Notes: generated from the sequence alone by a model not told the origin. 31,986 nt of DNA from Bacteroidia bacterium (GCA_026391215.1 JAPLDX010000050.1:1-31986); one strand, 5' to 3'. Shown: positions 18,510 through 27,247, counted from the stretch's first letter. Numbers and translations: made by a program.

Positions 18510-19727
18510 ATGGAAGATAATAAACAGATTTCCGATACAGTTTCTTTATCTCACCGGCATCAGACCTATGTCGTAATTACCGCATTCTGCTCCTTACTGG
18601 CTATAGTGGGCTTTGCACTCTACGGATTACCTTTCTTTTATGATTTTTATATGAAGGATTTCGGATGGTCACGAACTGTAATCACTTCAGGAAACTTTTT
18701 TGGAAAACTGCTGGTGGCACCATTGTTCGGATTTTTAGCAGGCTGGATTATAGACCGTTATGGTCCGAGGCGGATGATGGTGGCAGGAGCATTGATGACG
18801 GGAGCAGCTCTTATTGGATTGAGCTCAATGAATTCCCTGGGTATTTTTTATGTCTCATATATTTTTGTTGCGCTTGGCTATGTTTTCGGTGGTCCTTTGC
18901 CCTGCCAGGTTCTTATCTCAAGATCTTTTACAAAAAACCGGGGAAAAGCTATGGGTATTGCATATCTCGGCATAGGAAGCGGATTTGCTCTTGTTCCATT
19001 GATTGCAGCCGGACTGGAGAAGCATTACGGATGGCATATTGCCCTGGCCTCACTGGGAATAATGATTGTTATAATTGCCATTCCACTTGCATTCTTTCTT
19101 AAAGATCATCAAATAGTAAAAGATAATTCACCTCAGCCCGAATCATCCCCTCCGGTAAGGGACATTTTAAAAAGCCGGTATTTCTATATCCTCGCTTTGG
19201 GAAGCATGTGCTCCATCGCAGCGGTAGGTGGAGTTAACCAGCACTTTAAGCTATATCTTCGTGAGCTGGATTTTACACAAGTCCAGGCTGCTCATATGAT
19301 TTCCCTAGTTGCAATCATGAGCCTGGCAGGAAGGGTGATAATGGGATGGCTGGCTGATATCCTGCACCGCAAATATGTAATGATACTTATTTACCTGCTT
19401 GTTGCTATCTCAATCCCGTTGCTGCTGATACCTGATTTTCCCGGAAGGCTCTATATTTTTGCAGTGATTTTCGGAATTGGCCTCGGCGGTGACTATATGA
19501 TAATCCCTTTGATGGCAGGGGACCTGTTCGGTGTAAAAACACTTGGCAGGGTGATGGGTATTATTCTTGTTGCGGACGGTATTGCCGAAGCCACTATGCC
19601 TGTAGCAGTTGGTGCTGTTAGAGATGCTTCAACAAATTATAACATCGGTTTCATAGTTCTAATAGGTGTGGCTCTGATTGGAGCATTGATCATTTCTTTT
19701 CTTCCAAAACATTGTAAAGAAGCATAA
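18510..19727 (+). CDS. MFS transporter (OFA/MCT-like)
   Basis: About 12 TM segments, GWIIDRYGPRR, RGKAMG, GRVIMGWLAD, DLFG. Start is 18510 or 18489. Confidence 0.88.
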   Translation: MEDNKQISDTVSLSHRHQTYVVITAFCSLLAIVGFALYGLPFFYDFYMKDFGWSRTVITSGNFFGKLLVAPLFGFLAGWIIDRYGPRRMMVAGALMTGAALIGLSSMNSLGIFYVSYIFVALGYVFGGPLPCQVLISRSFTKNRGKAMGIAYLGIGSGFALVPLIAAGLEKHYGWHIALASLGIMIVIIAIPLAFFLKDHQIVKDNSPQPESSPPVRDILKSRYFYILALGSMCSIAAVGGVNQHFKLYLRELDFTQVQAAHMISLVAIMSLAGRVIMGWLADILHRKYVMILIYLLVAISIPLLLIPDFPGRLYIFAVIFGIGLGGDYMIIPLMAGDLFGVKTLGRVMGIILVADGIAEATMPVAVGAVRDASTNYNIGFIVLIGVALIGALIISFLPKHCKEA

Positions 19728-19750
19728 ACCTCCGATCAGCGCCATAAATA

Positions 19751-20875
19751 CTATGAGGAGGGAAAGATAATTGACGCCAGCTTTGTCGCGTTGGTGACAT
19801 TATTGTAATATTTAAAGACGGCACTTTCACGGATGGCAATCATTTCTTTTGTAAATGGTTCTTTCATAAGTGAATGGATAGTTTCGGCCATTTCCTCAGC
19901 AGAGGCTGCTATATGACAAAGCTGTTCAAGACAGGTTCCGTTAATCATTTTTTCATTGACAAGGCAATGTCTTCCATTGCAAAGAGCTACCAGGAGCTTC
20001 AGCTTTAATCCATTGATTGCCAGGGCAGGAAGAACATTAATTTGGGCATTACGGATCAGCTTTGCCATCTCTTCATCACCGGGATTTGAAATGATCCTGA
20101 TGTTTATAAAAGGAGATGCTTTAACATTGAGGTGTTCCGGAGGATTCTTGCCAGCGATAATGCACTGATATGGTACTTTTGAAAAAATCCGGGATATCAA
20201 TATTTCAGCAATTTCTATGTTTTCACTTACAGAAAGATTTCCATGAAAAAGACAATATTCACCGACACCTGTCTGACTTTCAATTCTTAGGGAAGGGTGG
20301 AATGGCAGGATCAGTTCTGAGTTATGATATTTGTTCCCAAAGTACTCGTTGTCACCGGCGGATATTGTAAAAAGCTTATTAGCTTTCTTAAGAATCTTTT
20401 CATATTGCCTGAGTTTCAGGGATTCAATTTTAAAGTATTGGCCTTTCAGCAGATCCTTCTCATAAACCGACAGGGTCATATGGTACCTGTGTTCAATATT
20501 ATGAGTGCGTACAAATTTCTTCCTGGCAGATAGCGCAGGGTAATCAAGACAGAAAGTAGTATTGAGGCCGTCAAATAGTATAGGGTAATCATCTTTCATC
20601 AGGTTCTCAAGCAAGGCATCTGAACTTCTTGATCTGATAGTGTACGGGAGCGACGACAAATGAGGTTTCAGACCTTTTCTCCTGTAATAATAATTTACTG
20701 TTTTACAAATAGCTTCCAGCTTTTGTGAATGTGGGCGTCCATATTCAAAACAATGAAGATGTATCTGAATTCCAACATTATGCAGTGATTGTATCCGGTA
20801 ATATGAATCAATCATCCCTCCATAATCAGGCGGGTAGGGGATATCCAGTGTAATAATATGCAGATCTTTATTCAA
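19751..20875 (-). CDS. Glycosyltransferase, GT-B/GT4-like
   Basis: DIPYPPDYGG, HLHCFEYGR, RTHNIEH, FHGNLSVSEN, GLKLKLL are recalled as typical of a Bacteroidota GT4-like family. Confidence 0.82.
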   Translation of the reverse strand: MNKDLHIITLDIPYPPDYGGMIDSYYRIQSLHNVGIQIHLHCFEYGRPHSQKLEAICKTVNYYYRRKGLKPHLSSLPYTIRSRSSDALLENLMKDDYPILFDGLNTTFCLDYPALSARKKFVRTHNIEHRYHMTLSVYEKDLLKGQYFKIESLKLRQYEKILKKANKLFTISAGDNEYFGNKYHNSELILPFHPSLRIESQTGVGEYCLFHGNLSVSENIEIAEILISRIFSKVPYQCIIAGKNPPEHLNVKASPFINIRIISNPGDEEMAKLIRNAQINVLPALAINGLKLKLLVALCNGRHCLVNEKMINGTCLEQLCHIAASAEEMAETIHSLMKEPFTKEMIAIRESAVFKYYNNVTNATKLASIIFPSS

Positions 20876-20893
20876 CCTTATGCCTCCTCACTT

Positions 20894-21409
20894 TTATCTT
20901 TCTCCTTTCTCCTTGAACCTGTACTCCCAGAAAGTATATTCCACACCTTTTCTCTGTCTTCTTCCTGTCATTTCAGCGATCGTGATTTCAACAACATGAC
21001 ATCGCTCAACTTCTTTCAGCGATACCTTCCTGGAGCCTGGTCGAAGCAGCTGGTTAAATGTATTCAATATCCTGCACCGTTCATTTATATCATCAATAAT
21101 CCTGGCCTTTCCATAACATACTGCGCTATCATTGTCTGCTTTGCATCCGCCACCCTGCGGATGACGCATGGTCTTGCCTGACTGGCTCCCCATAGCAAAG
21201 CAAACCTGTGGATTAGTCCTGATATAATCAAGTTTTTTACCCTGCAATGCACAATGAAAAATAATCTTCCCGCTGGTATAGATATAAGTAAGAGGAATAA
21301 CGTAAGGCATTCCATCATTGCACATTCCCAGAAAACCCATCGTCTGCTTCTTCAGGATTTTTTCAATTTCTTCGCGTGACCTGATAAAATATTTTGAAAG
21401 CTCAGTCAT
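20894..21409 (-). CDS. Pyridoxamine-5'-phosphate oxidase family flavin-binding protein (NimA-like)
   Basis: PYVIPL, IFHCALQGKKLDYIRTNPQVCF, SAVCYGKARII, MTGR. Confidence 0.88.
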   Translation of the reverse strand: MTELSKYFIRSREEIEKILKKQTMGFLGMCNDGMPYVIPLTYIYTSGKIIFHCALQGKKLDYIRTNPQVCFAMGSQSGKTMRHPQGGGCKADNDSAVCYGKARIIDDINERCRILNTFNQLLRPGSRKVSLKEVERCHVVEITIAEMTGRRQRKGVEYTFWEYRFKEKGER

Positions 21410-21575
21410 TTTGTTTATAGATTCATTCGTATATGTTCTAAAGTTATGCAGAGTTCTTATTATTTCAAAGTGTTCTACATATCTTCATTATTGATTTTAT
21501 GTACGATATGTTGTATTTTTGATGAAATGCCTTATTTAAAACAAGCCGATTTAATTAGTGATAATAATTATAATT

Positions 21576-22319
21576 ATGACAAAATTCAGAAATCTGTTTT
21601 ATCCTTTCTGCATGTCGTGCCTGATTATTGCCGTTAATATTGCAATTGTCTCTGCACAGGAAGCGAGTACTGAACCGGGATCAGTTATTGTTAAGAAATG
21701 CATGGATTTTAAAGTCACCGGCGATGGGCACTCTGATAATTGGAAAAACACGGAATGGATAAACCTGCTTACACAAAATCCTGACAATACAGATTACCGG
21801 ACTAAAGTAAAAGTGCTGTATTCCGGGACAGGAATCTACTTTCTTTTCGACTGCGGGGATAAAAAGCTCACCTCCACAATGAAGGCAGATAACCTGAACC
21901 TGTGGGAAGAAGATGTTGTTGAGATCTTTTTATGGACCGATGAAGACTATCCTGTTTATTTTGAATATGAGCTTTCTCCGTTAAATTATGAGCTTCCGAT
22001 TATCGTTCCAAATTTTGATGGAACTTTTCTGGGATGGCTGCCATGGAAATATCAGGGTGATAGAAGAACGCAGCACGCAACGAATGCCGTGGGAGGGAAG
22101 AAGAAAAGCGGAAGCTCAGTTTCCGGATGGATAGCTGAATTCTTTATCCCCTATAAACTACTCGCACCTTTGAATCAGGTTCCTCCTGTTTCAGGCACAA
22201 GATGGAGAGCAAATATGTATCGCATCGATCATGACTCTGGTTCTGTTCCTTTTGCCTGGCAAAAAGTCAGCGGCACGTTCCACGAATATAAGAAATTCGG
22301 AACATTTATTTTTGAATAG
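21576..22319 (+). CDS. Exported carbohydrate-binding family 9-like protein
   Basis: Signal peptide (VSA|Q); GIYFLF, LWEEDVVEIF, YFEYELSP, WIAEFFIP, WRANMYRID, FHE. Confidence 0.82.
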   Translation: MTKFRNLFYPFCMSCLIIAVNIAIVSAQEASTEPGSVIVKKCMDFKVTGDGHSDNWKNTEWINLLTQNPDNTDYRTKVKVLYSGTGIYFLFDCGDKKLTSTMKADNLNLWEEDVVEIFLWTDEDYPVYFEYELSPLNYELPIIVPNFDGTFLGWLPWKYQGDRRTQHATNAVGGKKKSGSSVSGWIAEFFIPYKLLAPLNQVPPVSGTRWRANMYRIDHDSGSVPFAWQKVSGTFHEYKKFGTFIFE

Positions 22320-22329
22320 GGAAAGTGTT

Positions 22330-23292
22330 CTATTCTTTATGGACTTCTGAACCGCCTTTAGCGTCAACAGAGACCCTTTCAGGATTTCCTGAGTAATAGA
22401 CATCACCTCCTCCTGATATATAACCGGATATTTCCTGTGATGCATTCACACGGATATCCGATCCTCCGCTGACATTAAATGATGTTGTCCTTGTGATCAG
22501 GGTTCCTGCATTTACATCTCCGCCACCATTAAGGTTTATTTCAAATTCAGCAGCCTGTCCGGAAAGTTCAGCATCGCCACCACCTGAGACAGTGCATTTC
22601 AGCTTTTCCGTATTTATTTCCACTTCTATATCACCGCCTCCATTGACATCAATGAGAGCATCCGCGGATTTCTCTTTGCTATTTAGAAACAAATCACCTC
22701 CTCCCCCTATTCTGCAGGAAATGATGCCGGCATTTACTACTGATTTCAGATCGCCTCCGCCGGACATATCAAGATAATAATCTTTGATATTTCCTTCTAT
22801 TTCTGCATCACCACCGCCGCTGATATGGCACTTTACTTCACCTGAATTGATAACAGAGCTGAAATCGCCGCCGCCACTGATATAAACACTAAGTTCCTCA
22901 ACATTTACCGGAGTCTCGCTGGTAACATCACCACCTCCCGATACATCAAGGTTGTCTATATTTTTGAAGGTGATACGGGCTTTCAGTGGTTGAGTAGCCC
23001 AAATATTATTTCTGGTATAGATCTTCAATATGCCATTATCCGCCTTGACCGTAATATGATCAAATAAATTCTCCTGGGCAGTAAGAGTAAGTGATTCTGA
23101 ATTTCCCTGTACCAGGATTACATCAAAACCTCCTGATACATCAATACCATGGAAACCAGACACATCGTAGTTTCTGTTTATTGGCGTTCCGCTGCCTTTC
23201 ACCGGAAAGAATGACTGAGAGTATGTGTTTGATGCAAGCATCATCAGAGTGATCATTAAGATCGCTTGGCTGTTAGTAATAGTTCTTTTCAT
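22330..23292 (-). CDS. Head-GIN-domain (DUF2807) exported beta-helix protein, extended
   Basis: Signal (TYS|Q), KGSG..., ENLFDHI, about 12 (S/N/G)GGxD-type repeats, C-terminal DVYYSGNP. Confidence 0.85.
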   Translation of the reverse strand: MKRTITNSQAILMITLMMLASNTYSQSFFPVKGSGTPINRNYDVSGFHGIDVSGGFDVILVQGNSESLTLTAQENLFDHITVKADNGILKIYTRNNIWATQPLKARITFKNIDNLDVSGGGDVTSETPVNVEELSVYISGGGDFSSVINSGEVKCHISGGGDAEIEGNIKDYYLDMSGGGDLKSVVNAGIISCRIGGGGDLFLNSKEKSADALIDVNGGGDIEVEINTEKLKCTVSGGGDAELSGQAAEFEINLNGGGDVNAGTLITRTTSFNVSGGSDIRVNASQEISGYISGGGDVYYSGNPERVSVDAKGGSEVHKE

Positions 23293-23343
23293 ATCGATTT
23301 GTTCTTATTTAAGAATGATCAGGTATTATAACATACTATATAA

Positions 23344-23370
23344 AGACGAAGAACTGGTCATAATGTTGCA
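23344..23370 (-). promoter_or_regulatory. Candidate ECF-sigma promoter TGCAAC-N16-CGTCT
   Basis: Minus strand reads TGCAAC ATTATGACCAGTTCTT CGTCT, about 50 bp upstream of the GIN gene ATG. Confidence 0.55.
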
Positions 23371-23421
23371 TAATTTTTTGTTTTCTTCGCAGAGTCAACC
23401 TTTTCAGCTTACACCGCTCAT

Positions 23422-23459
23422 AAAACAAAAAATGCTCCTGGCGGAGCATAGTTTGTTTT
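23422..23459 (-). terminator. Intrinsic terminator after tRNA-Arg
   Basis: ATGCTCC-TGGC-GGAGCAT stem with flanking AAAACAAA/TTTGTTTT, giving a U-tract on the minus strand. Confidence 0.75.
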
Positions 23460-23460
23460 G

Positions 23461-23534
23461 TGATCCCGGAGAGATTCAAACTCTCAACCTTCTGATCCGT
23501 AGTCAGATGCTCTATTCAGTTAAGCTACGGGACC
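23461..23534 (-). tRNA. tRNA-Arg(ACG)
   Basis: Reverse complement GGTCCCG TA GCTT AACTGAATA GAGC A TCTGA CTACGGA TCAGA AGGTT GAGAG TTTGAAT CTCTC CGGGATC A folds as a full cloverleaf with anticodon ACG; CCA is not encoded. Confidence 0.95.
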
Positions 23535-23551
23535 AATATTTTATAAGCACG

Positions 23552-23559
23552 CAAATATA
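23552..23559 (-). promoter_or_regulatory. -7 box (TATATTTG) for tRNA-Arg
   Basis: Exact consensus 17 bp upstream of the tRNA 5' end. Confidence 0.65.
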
Positions 23560-23659
23560 GCAATATTTTTATTTTCGGGAATATTGTATACTTTTAAATA
23601 ATGATTTTCGATATGAAATGTCCTTTGTAAGTGGTTGATAATAAGTTAAAAATATAAAT

Positions 23660-26515
23660 ATGAAAAAGACGGCCGGTATAATTTTAAAAGTGCTTGGTGG
23701 ACTCATACTCCTTATCCTCATTCTGCTCTTTACTGTTCCCGTGATATTTAAAGATAAGATCAGGACCAAAGTGGAACAGGTTATTAATGAATCTGTAAAC
23801 GCCCAGGTGAAATTTGATGATTACAAGCTGGGATTCTTTAAGAACTTCCCGAATCTCTCTTTCTCACTTAATGGCGTTTCGGTCGTTGGTAACGATAAAT
23901 TTGAAGGCGATACCCTTGCAGGATTCAAATCATTTGACCTTGTCTTCAATCTTGGAAGTCTGTTTAAGAAAACAGGATATGAAGTCAAATCAGTTATTCT
24001 AGATCAGGCAGTAATTAATGCAATGGTGCTTAAAGACGGTTCTGCAAACTGGGATATAGCAAAGGATACTACTGCAACAGAAGCTGTTACAGAAACACCT
24101 GTTCCAGAAGCGGAAACCGGATCTGAACCCTCGGGACTCAAGGTGCAGCTTAAGAAATTTGCAATTCAGAACAGTTCTATATCCTATGTTGATCAGATGT
24201 CTGACATGTCCGCTTATCTGAAAAGTCTTAATTTTAACCTTGCAGGCGATATGACCGCCAGTGAAACGGAACTGGATATGTCTCTTAACATCGCTGAGGT
24301 CACCTTCATAATGGAGGGGACCAAGTACCTTAATAAGGCAGTAATTGATTCAAAGATCGGGATACTGGCTGATCTTGAGAATTACAAATTTACTTTCGGA
24401 GAAAACTATTTCGCGCTGAATGACCTTAAGCTCAATTTCTCAGGAATGGTTGCGATGCCTGGTGATGACATCGAAACAGACCTTCAGTTCGGAACTGACC
24501 AGACATCCTTCAAAACGCTTCTTTCGCTTGTCCCGGCAATTTATATGGCAGATTTTACTGACCTTACAACAACCGGTGAGTTTGCACTAAAAGGTTCGGC
24601 AAAAGGTGTTTACAGCGATGCTGACAGTACCCTGCCGGACGTAAACATGTCTCTTTCAGTTAAGAATGGATTGATAAGTTATCCCGCATTACCCGAAAAG
24701 ATCAAAAACATAAATATCAACTTGGAAGTATTTATGAACGGGAAGGACATGGATTTGACAACGGCACATATTGATCTTTTCCACATTGAACTGGCAGGCA
24801 ATCCGTTTGATATGACATTCAAACTGAAAACACCCATTAGCGATCCTGATTTTATAGGATCATTAACCGGGAAAATAGATCTTGATGCTCTATCAAAAGC
24901 TATACCTATTGACAGTATAAGCCTTTCGGGTGTTATTGATATGGCAGTGAAAATGGCCGGGAAACTGTCAATGATAGAAAAGGAACAGTATGAGAGCTTC
25001 CAGGCTTCAGGGACAATGAATATCCAGAATATGCTGGTAGCTATGATTGGATATCCTGAAGTCAGGATCAATGAAGCAGGTTTCGAATTTGCACCTGCCT
25101 ACGCAGCCATGACAAAAGGCAATATCAGGGTAGGTGATAAAAGTGACTTTAATATAACAGGACGCCTTGAAAACTATATACCTTATATCTTCAAGAATGA
25201 GACACTAAAAGGAAGCCTGACCCTACGATCGAACATGGTGGATGCCACAGATATACTTTCAAAAATAGCATCGGACACAACTGAAGTGGAGGAGGATAAT
25301 ACATCACTTTCGGTCATAAAAGTGCCCGAGAATATTGACTTCGATTTCAATGCTCTTATTAATGATTTCAGCTATGATAACATTAAAGCAAAGAATGTTA
25401 AAGGGCATATCCTTGTTAAGGACGGGGTATTGAGCATAAGGGAAACGGGTATGAATATTCTTGGAGGGTCGATCACAATGAATGCAGATTATGATACCCG
25501 GGATACTCTCAAACCTACGATGAAAGCTGATTTCAACATGCAGAGTATAGGAATAAAAGATGCATTTTCAACTTTTAATACAGTACAGAGACTTGCTCCG
25601 GCTGCCAAGGGCATTGAGGGCAGGATGAATCTGAATCTTGCATTTGAAAGCCTCCTGGGGAGTGATATGATGCCATTGATCCAGTCAATACTCGGCGGCG
25701 GAAAATTACAGTCAGATGAGGTAACACTGGTTGAATCCAAAGCTTATGAAACAATGAAAGGTGTGCTGAAACTAAGTGATAAATACAGTAATACCTTCAA
25801 GAATATTAATGCAAGCTTTAAGATAAAGGATGGACGAGTCTATGTAAGTCCGTTTGATACTAAAGTTGGTAATATAAAAATGAATGTCAGCGGGGATCAG
25901 GGACTGGATCAGACTCTTAATTACCTTGTTAAGACCCAGATACCAAGATCAGATCTGGGCAGTTCAGTAAACGCATTGATCGATAACCTGTCTGCGCAGG
26001 CTGCAGCATTTGGCATCGCATATAAGCCGGCAGATGTCCTGAAAGTAAATGTTAAGATAACAGGTGTATTCGGTAAACCTATAGTAATGCCTGACTTTGG
26101 AGGTTCTTCACAGGACAGTACATCAGGAGGAATAAAGGAAGTTGTAAAAGAAACCGTCAGGGAAACAGTTGATAAAGCGATTGATACAGGAAAGGATAAA
26201 GCAAGACAGGAGGCCGAGGAGCAGGGAGCCAGGCTGATTGCGGAAGCAGAGGCCAGAGCCCAGCAGATCCGCGATGAATCAGCAACCGCTGCAGATAAGA
26301 TCCGGCAGGAAGCTGAAGTCCAGGCTCAAAAGCTTATTGACGGAGCTGCCTCAAAAGGCGCTATCGCAAAAATGGCTGCACAAAAGGGAGCCGATGCCTT
26401 AAGGAATGAAGCAGATAAAAAGGCAAATGCACTTGTTCGGGAAGCAGATGAAAAAGCAACAAAGCTTGTTGACGAAGCAAAAGCTAAAAAAGAAGAGCTG
26501 ATTAATAAAATCTGA
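23660..26515 (+). CDS. AsmA-family envelope protein with C-terminal helical repeats
   Basis: N-terminal TM anchor, FFKNFPNLS, DGSANWDI, long amphipathic beta-rich body, AsmA-like C-terminal segment (IKDGRVYVSPFD...SGDQGLDQTLNY), then an Ala/Glu/Lys-rich helical tail. Confidence 0.88.
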   Translation: MKKTAGIILKVLGGLILLILILLFTVPVIFKDKIRTKVEQVINESVNAQVKFDDYKLGFFKNFPNLSFSLNGVSVVGNDKFEGDTLAGFKSFDLVFNLGSLFKKTGYEVKSVILDQAVINAMVLKDGSANWDIAKDTTATEAVTETPVPEAETGSEPSGLKVQLKKFAIQNSSISYVDQMSDMSAYLKSLNFNLAGDMTASETELDMSLNIAEVTFIMEGTKYLNKAVIDSKIGILADLENYKFTFGENYFALNDLKLNFSGMVAMPGDDIETDLQFGTDQTSFKTLLSLVPAIYMADFTDLTTTGEFALKGSAKGVYSDADSTLPDVNMSLSVKNGLISYPALPEKIKNININLEVFMNGKDMDLTTAHIDLFHIELAGNPFDMTFKLKTPISDPDFIGSLTGKIDLDALSKAIPIDSISLSGVIDMAVKMAGKLSMIEKEQYESFQASGTMNIQNMLVAMIGYPEVRINEAGFEFAPAYAAMTKGNIRVGDKSDFNITGRLENYIPYIFKNETLKGSLTLRSNMVDATDILSKIASDTTEVEEDNTSLSVIKVPENIDFDFNALINDFSYDNIKAKNVKGHILVKDGVLSIRETGMNILGGSITMNADYDTRDTLKPTMKADFNMQSIGIKDAFSTFNTVQRLAPAAKGIEGRMNLNLAFESLLGSDMMPLIQSILGGGKLQSDEVTLVESKAYETMKGVLKLSDKYSNTFKNINASFKIKDGRVYVSPFDTKVGNIKMNVSGDQGLDQTLNYLVKTQIPRSDLGSSVNALIDNLSAQAAAFGIAYKPADVLKVNVKITGVFGKPIVMPDFGGSSQDSTSGGIKEVVKETVRETVDKAIDTGKDKARQEAEEQGARLIAEAEARAQQIRDESATAADKIRQEAEVQAQKLIDGAASKGAIAKMAAQKGADALRNEADKKANALVREADEKATKLVDEAKAKKEELINKI

Positions 26516-26519
26516 ATTT

Positions 26520-26642
26520 CACGTACCCTCCCCCTTAATCCCCCTCCCTGCTGACGCAAGAAGGGGGATATTATATTGATATACAACTATATAAGCCCCC
26601 TTCCTTACGAAGTAGGGAAAGGGGTTGGGGGATGGGTACGTG
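26520..26642. repeat. REP/MITE-like composite element, copy A (123 bp)
   Basis: Termini CACGTACCC / GGGTACGTG, two internal C-tract/G-tract hairpins, AT-rich core TATTGATATACA; aligns with 30785..30961. Confidence 0.85.
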
Positions 26643-26649
26643 TGATCAA

Positions 26650-26677
26650 GGGCAGGGACAAAGGGGGTGCGTACATG
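26650..26677 (-). repeat. Extra partial arm of the same element
   Basis: Reverse complement CATGTACGCACCCCCTTTGTCCCTGCCC nearly equals the left end of copy B (CATGTACCCACCCCCTTTGTCCCCCTCCC). Confidence 0.75.
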
Positions 26678-26684
26678 CTATCTT

Positions 26685-26717
26685 AAAAAAAAGCCATTCA
26701 TAGTGAATAGCCTTTTT
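26685..26717. terminator. Probable bidirectional intrinsic terminator (rplS/asmA)
   Basis: A-tract, GCCATTCA-TAG-TGAATAGC imperfect stem, T-tract. Confidence 0.6.
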
Positions 26718-26734
26718 CTGTTCTTTTTGGTTTC

Positions 26735-27082
26735 TTAGAATTTCTTCTCGCGTATACGTGCTTTCTTACCGGTGAGATCTCGGATATAGAATATCCTGGC
26801 CCGGCGTACTTTACCGTGCTTGTTAATTTCAATCTTATCAATAAATGGTGATGCTATGGGGAAAATCCTTTCAACACCAATATTACCTGACATTTTTCTT
26901 ACAGTAAAGGTTTCAGTATGCTTCTCGCCTGATCTCTGAATCACAACACCACGAAACTGCTGAATTCTTTCCTTGTTACCTTCCTTTATCTTATAATGTA
27001 CAGTAACTGTATCGCCTGCTACGAATTTCGGATATTCATTCTTGACCGCAAATTCCTTATCAACAACATTCATTAAGTTCAT
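26735..27082 (-). CDS. rplS: 50S ribosomal protein L19
   Basis: [53 protein letters not shown]. Start at ATG 27082 (115 aa). Confidence 0.98.
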   Translation of the reverse strand: MNLMNVVDKEFAVKNEYPKFVAGDTVTVHYKIKEGNKERIQQFRGVVIQRSGEKHTETFTVRKMSGNIGVERIFPIASPFIDKIEINKHGKVRRARIFYIRDLTGKKARIREKKF

Positions 27083-27127
27083 CCCCTGGATATTTTGTAT
27101 TCTTAAAATGGTTTCAAAAATCGGTCG

Positions 27128-27135
27128 CAAATATA
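27128..27135 (-). promoter_or_regulatory. -7 box (TATATTTG) for rplS
   Basis: Exact consensus 45 bp upstream of the ATG. Confidence 0.65.
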
Positions 27136-27173
27136 ATCAATATTTTGATAATCCTTACTCAGAAGAAGAAATG

Positions 27174-27247
27174 TTTAAAGTTCAAGGTTCAAAGTCAGGC
27201 ACATTCCGAGTGACACCTTGAACCTGAAACCTTAAACTTTGAACTTT
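27174..27247. repeat. Inverted pair of heptamer arrays
   Basis: TTTAAAG-TTCAAGG-TTCAAAG, a 21-bp spacer, then CCTTGAA-CCTGAAA-CCTTAAA-CTTTGAA; abuts the C69 peptidase stop. Confidence 0.8.

Noticed and set aside
15269-21409. Antibiotic resistance genes (APH-family kinase; NimA-like protein)
   Set aside because: Kinase motifs and context fit a NahK-like sugar kinase; the NimA-like family is broad and resistance cannot be inferred from the fold.
23225-23560. 111-aa plus-strand ORF
   Set aside because: Runs antisense through the tRNA, its terminator and the GIN gene start; no protein features.
23300-23660. tRNA as an integration site of a genomic island
   Set aside because: No integrase, no duplicated tRNA 3' end seen, and no evident composition shift.
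27083-27130. N-terminal extension of L19, or an L19 leader RNA
   Set aside because: The TTG start lies inside the -7 promoter box, and I see no convincing structure in the short leader.
26520-27247. CRISPR array or attC integron cassettes among the repeats
   Set aside because: No regularly spaced identical 23-47-bp repeats with unique spacers, no cas or intI gene, and the flanking genes are housekeeping.
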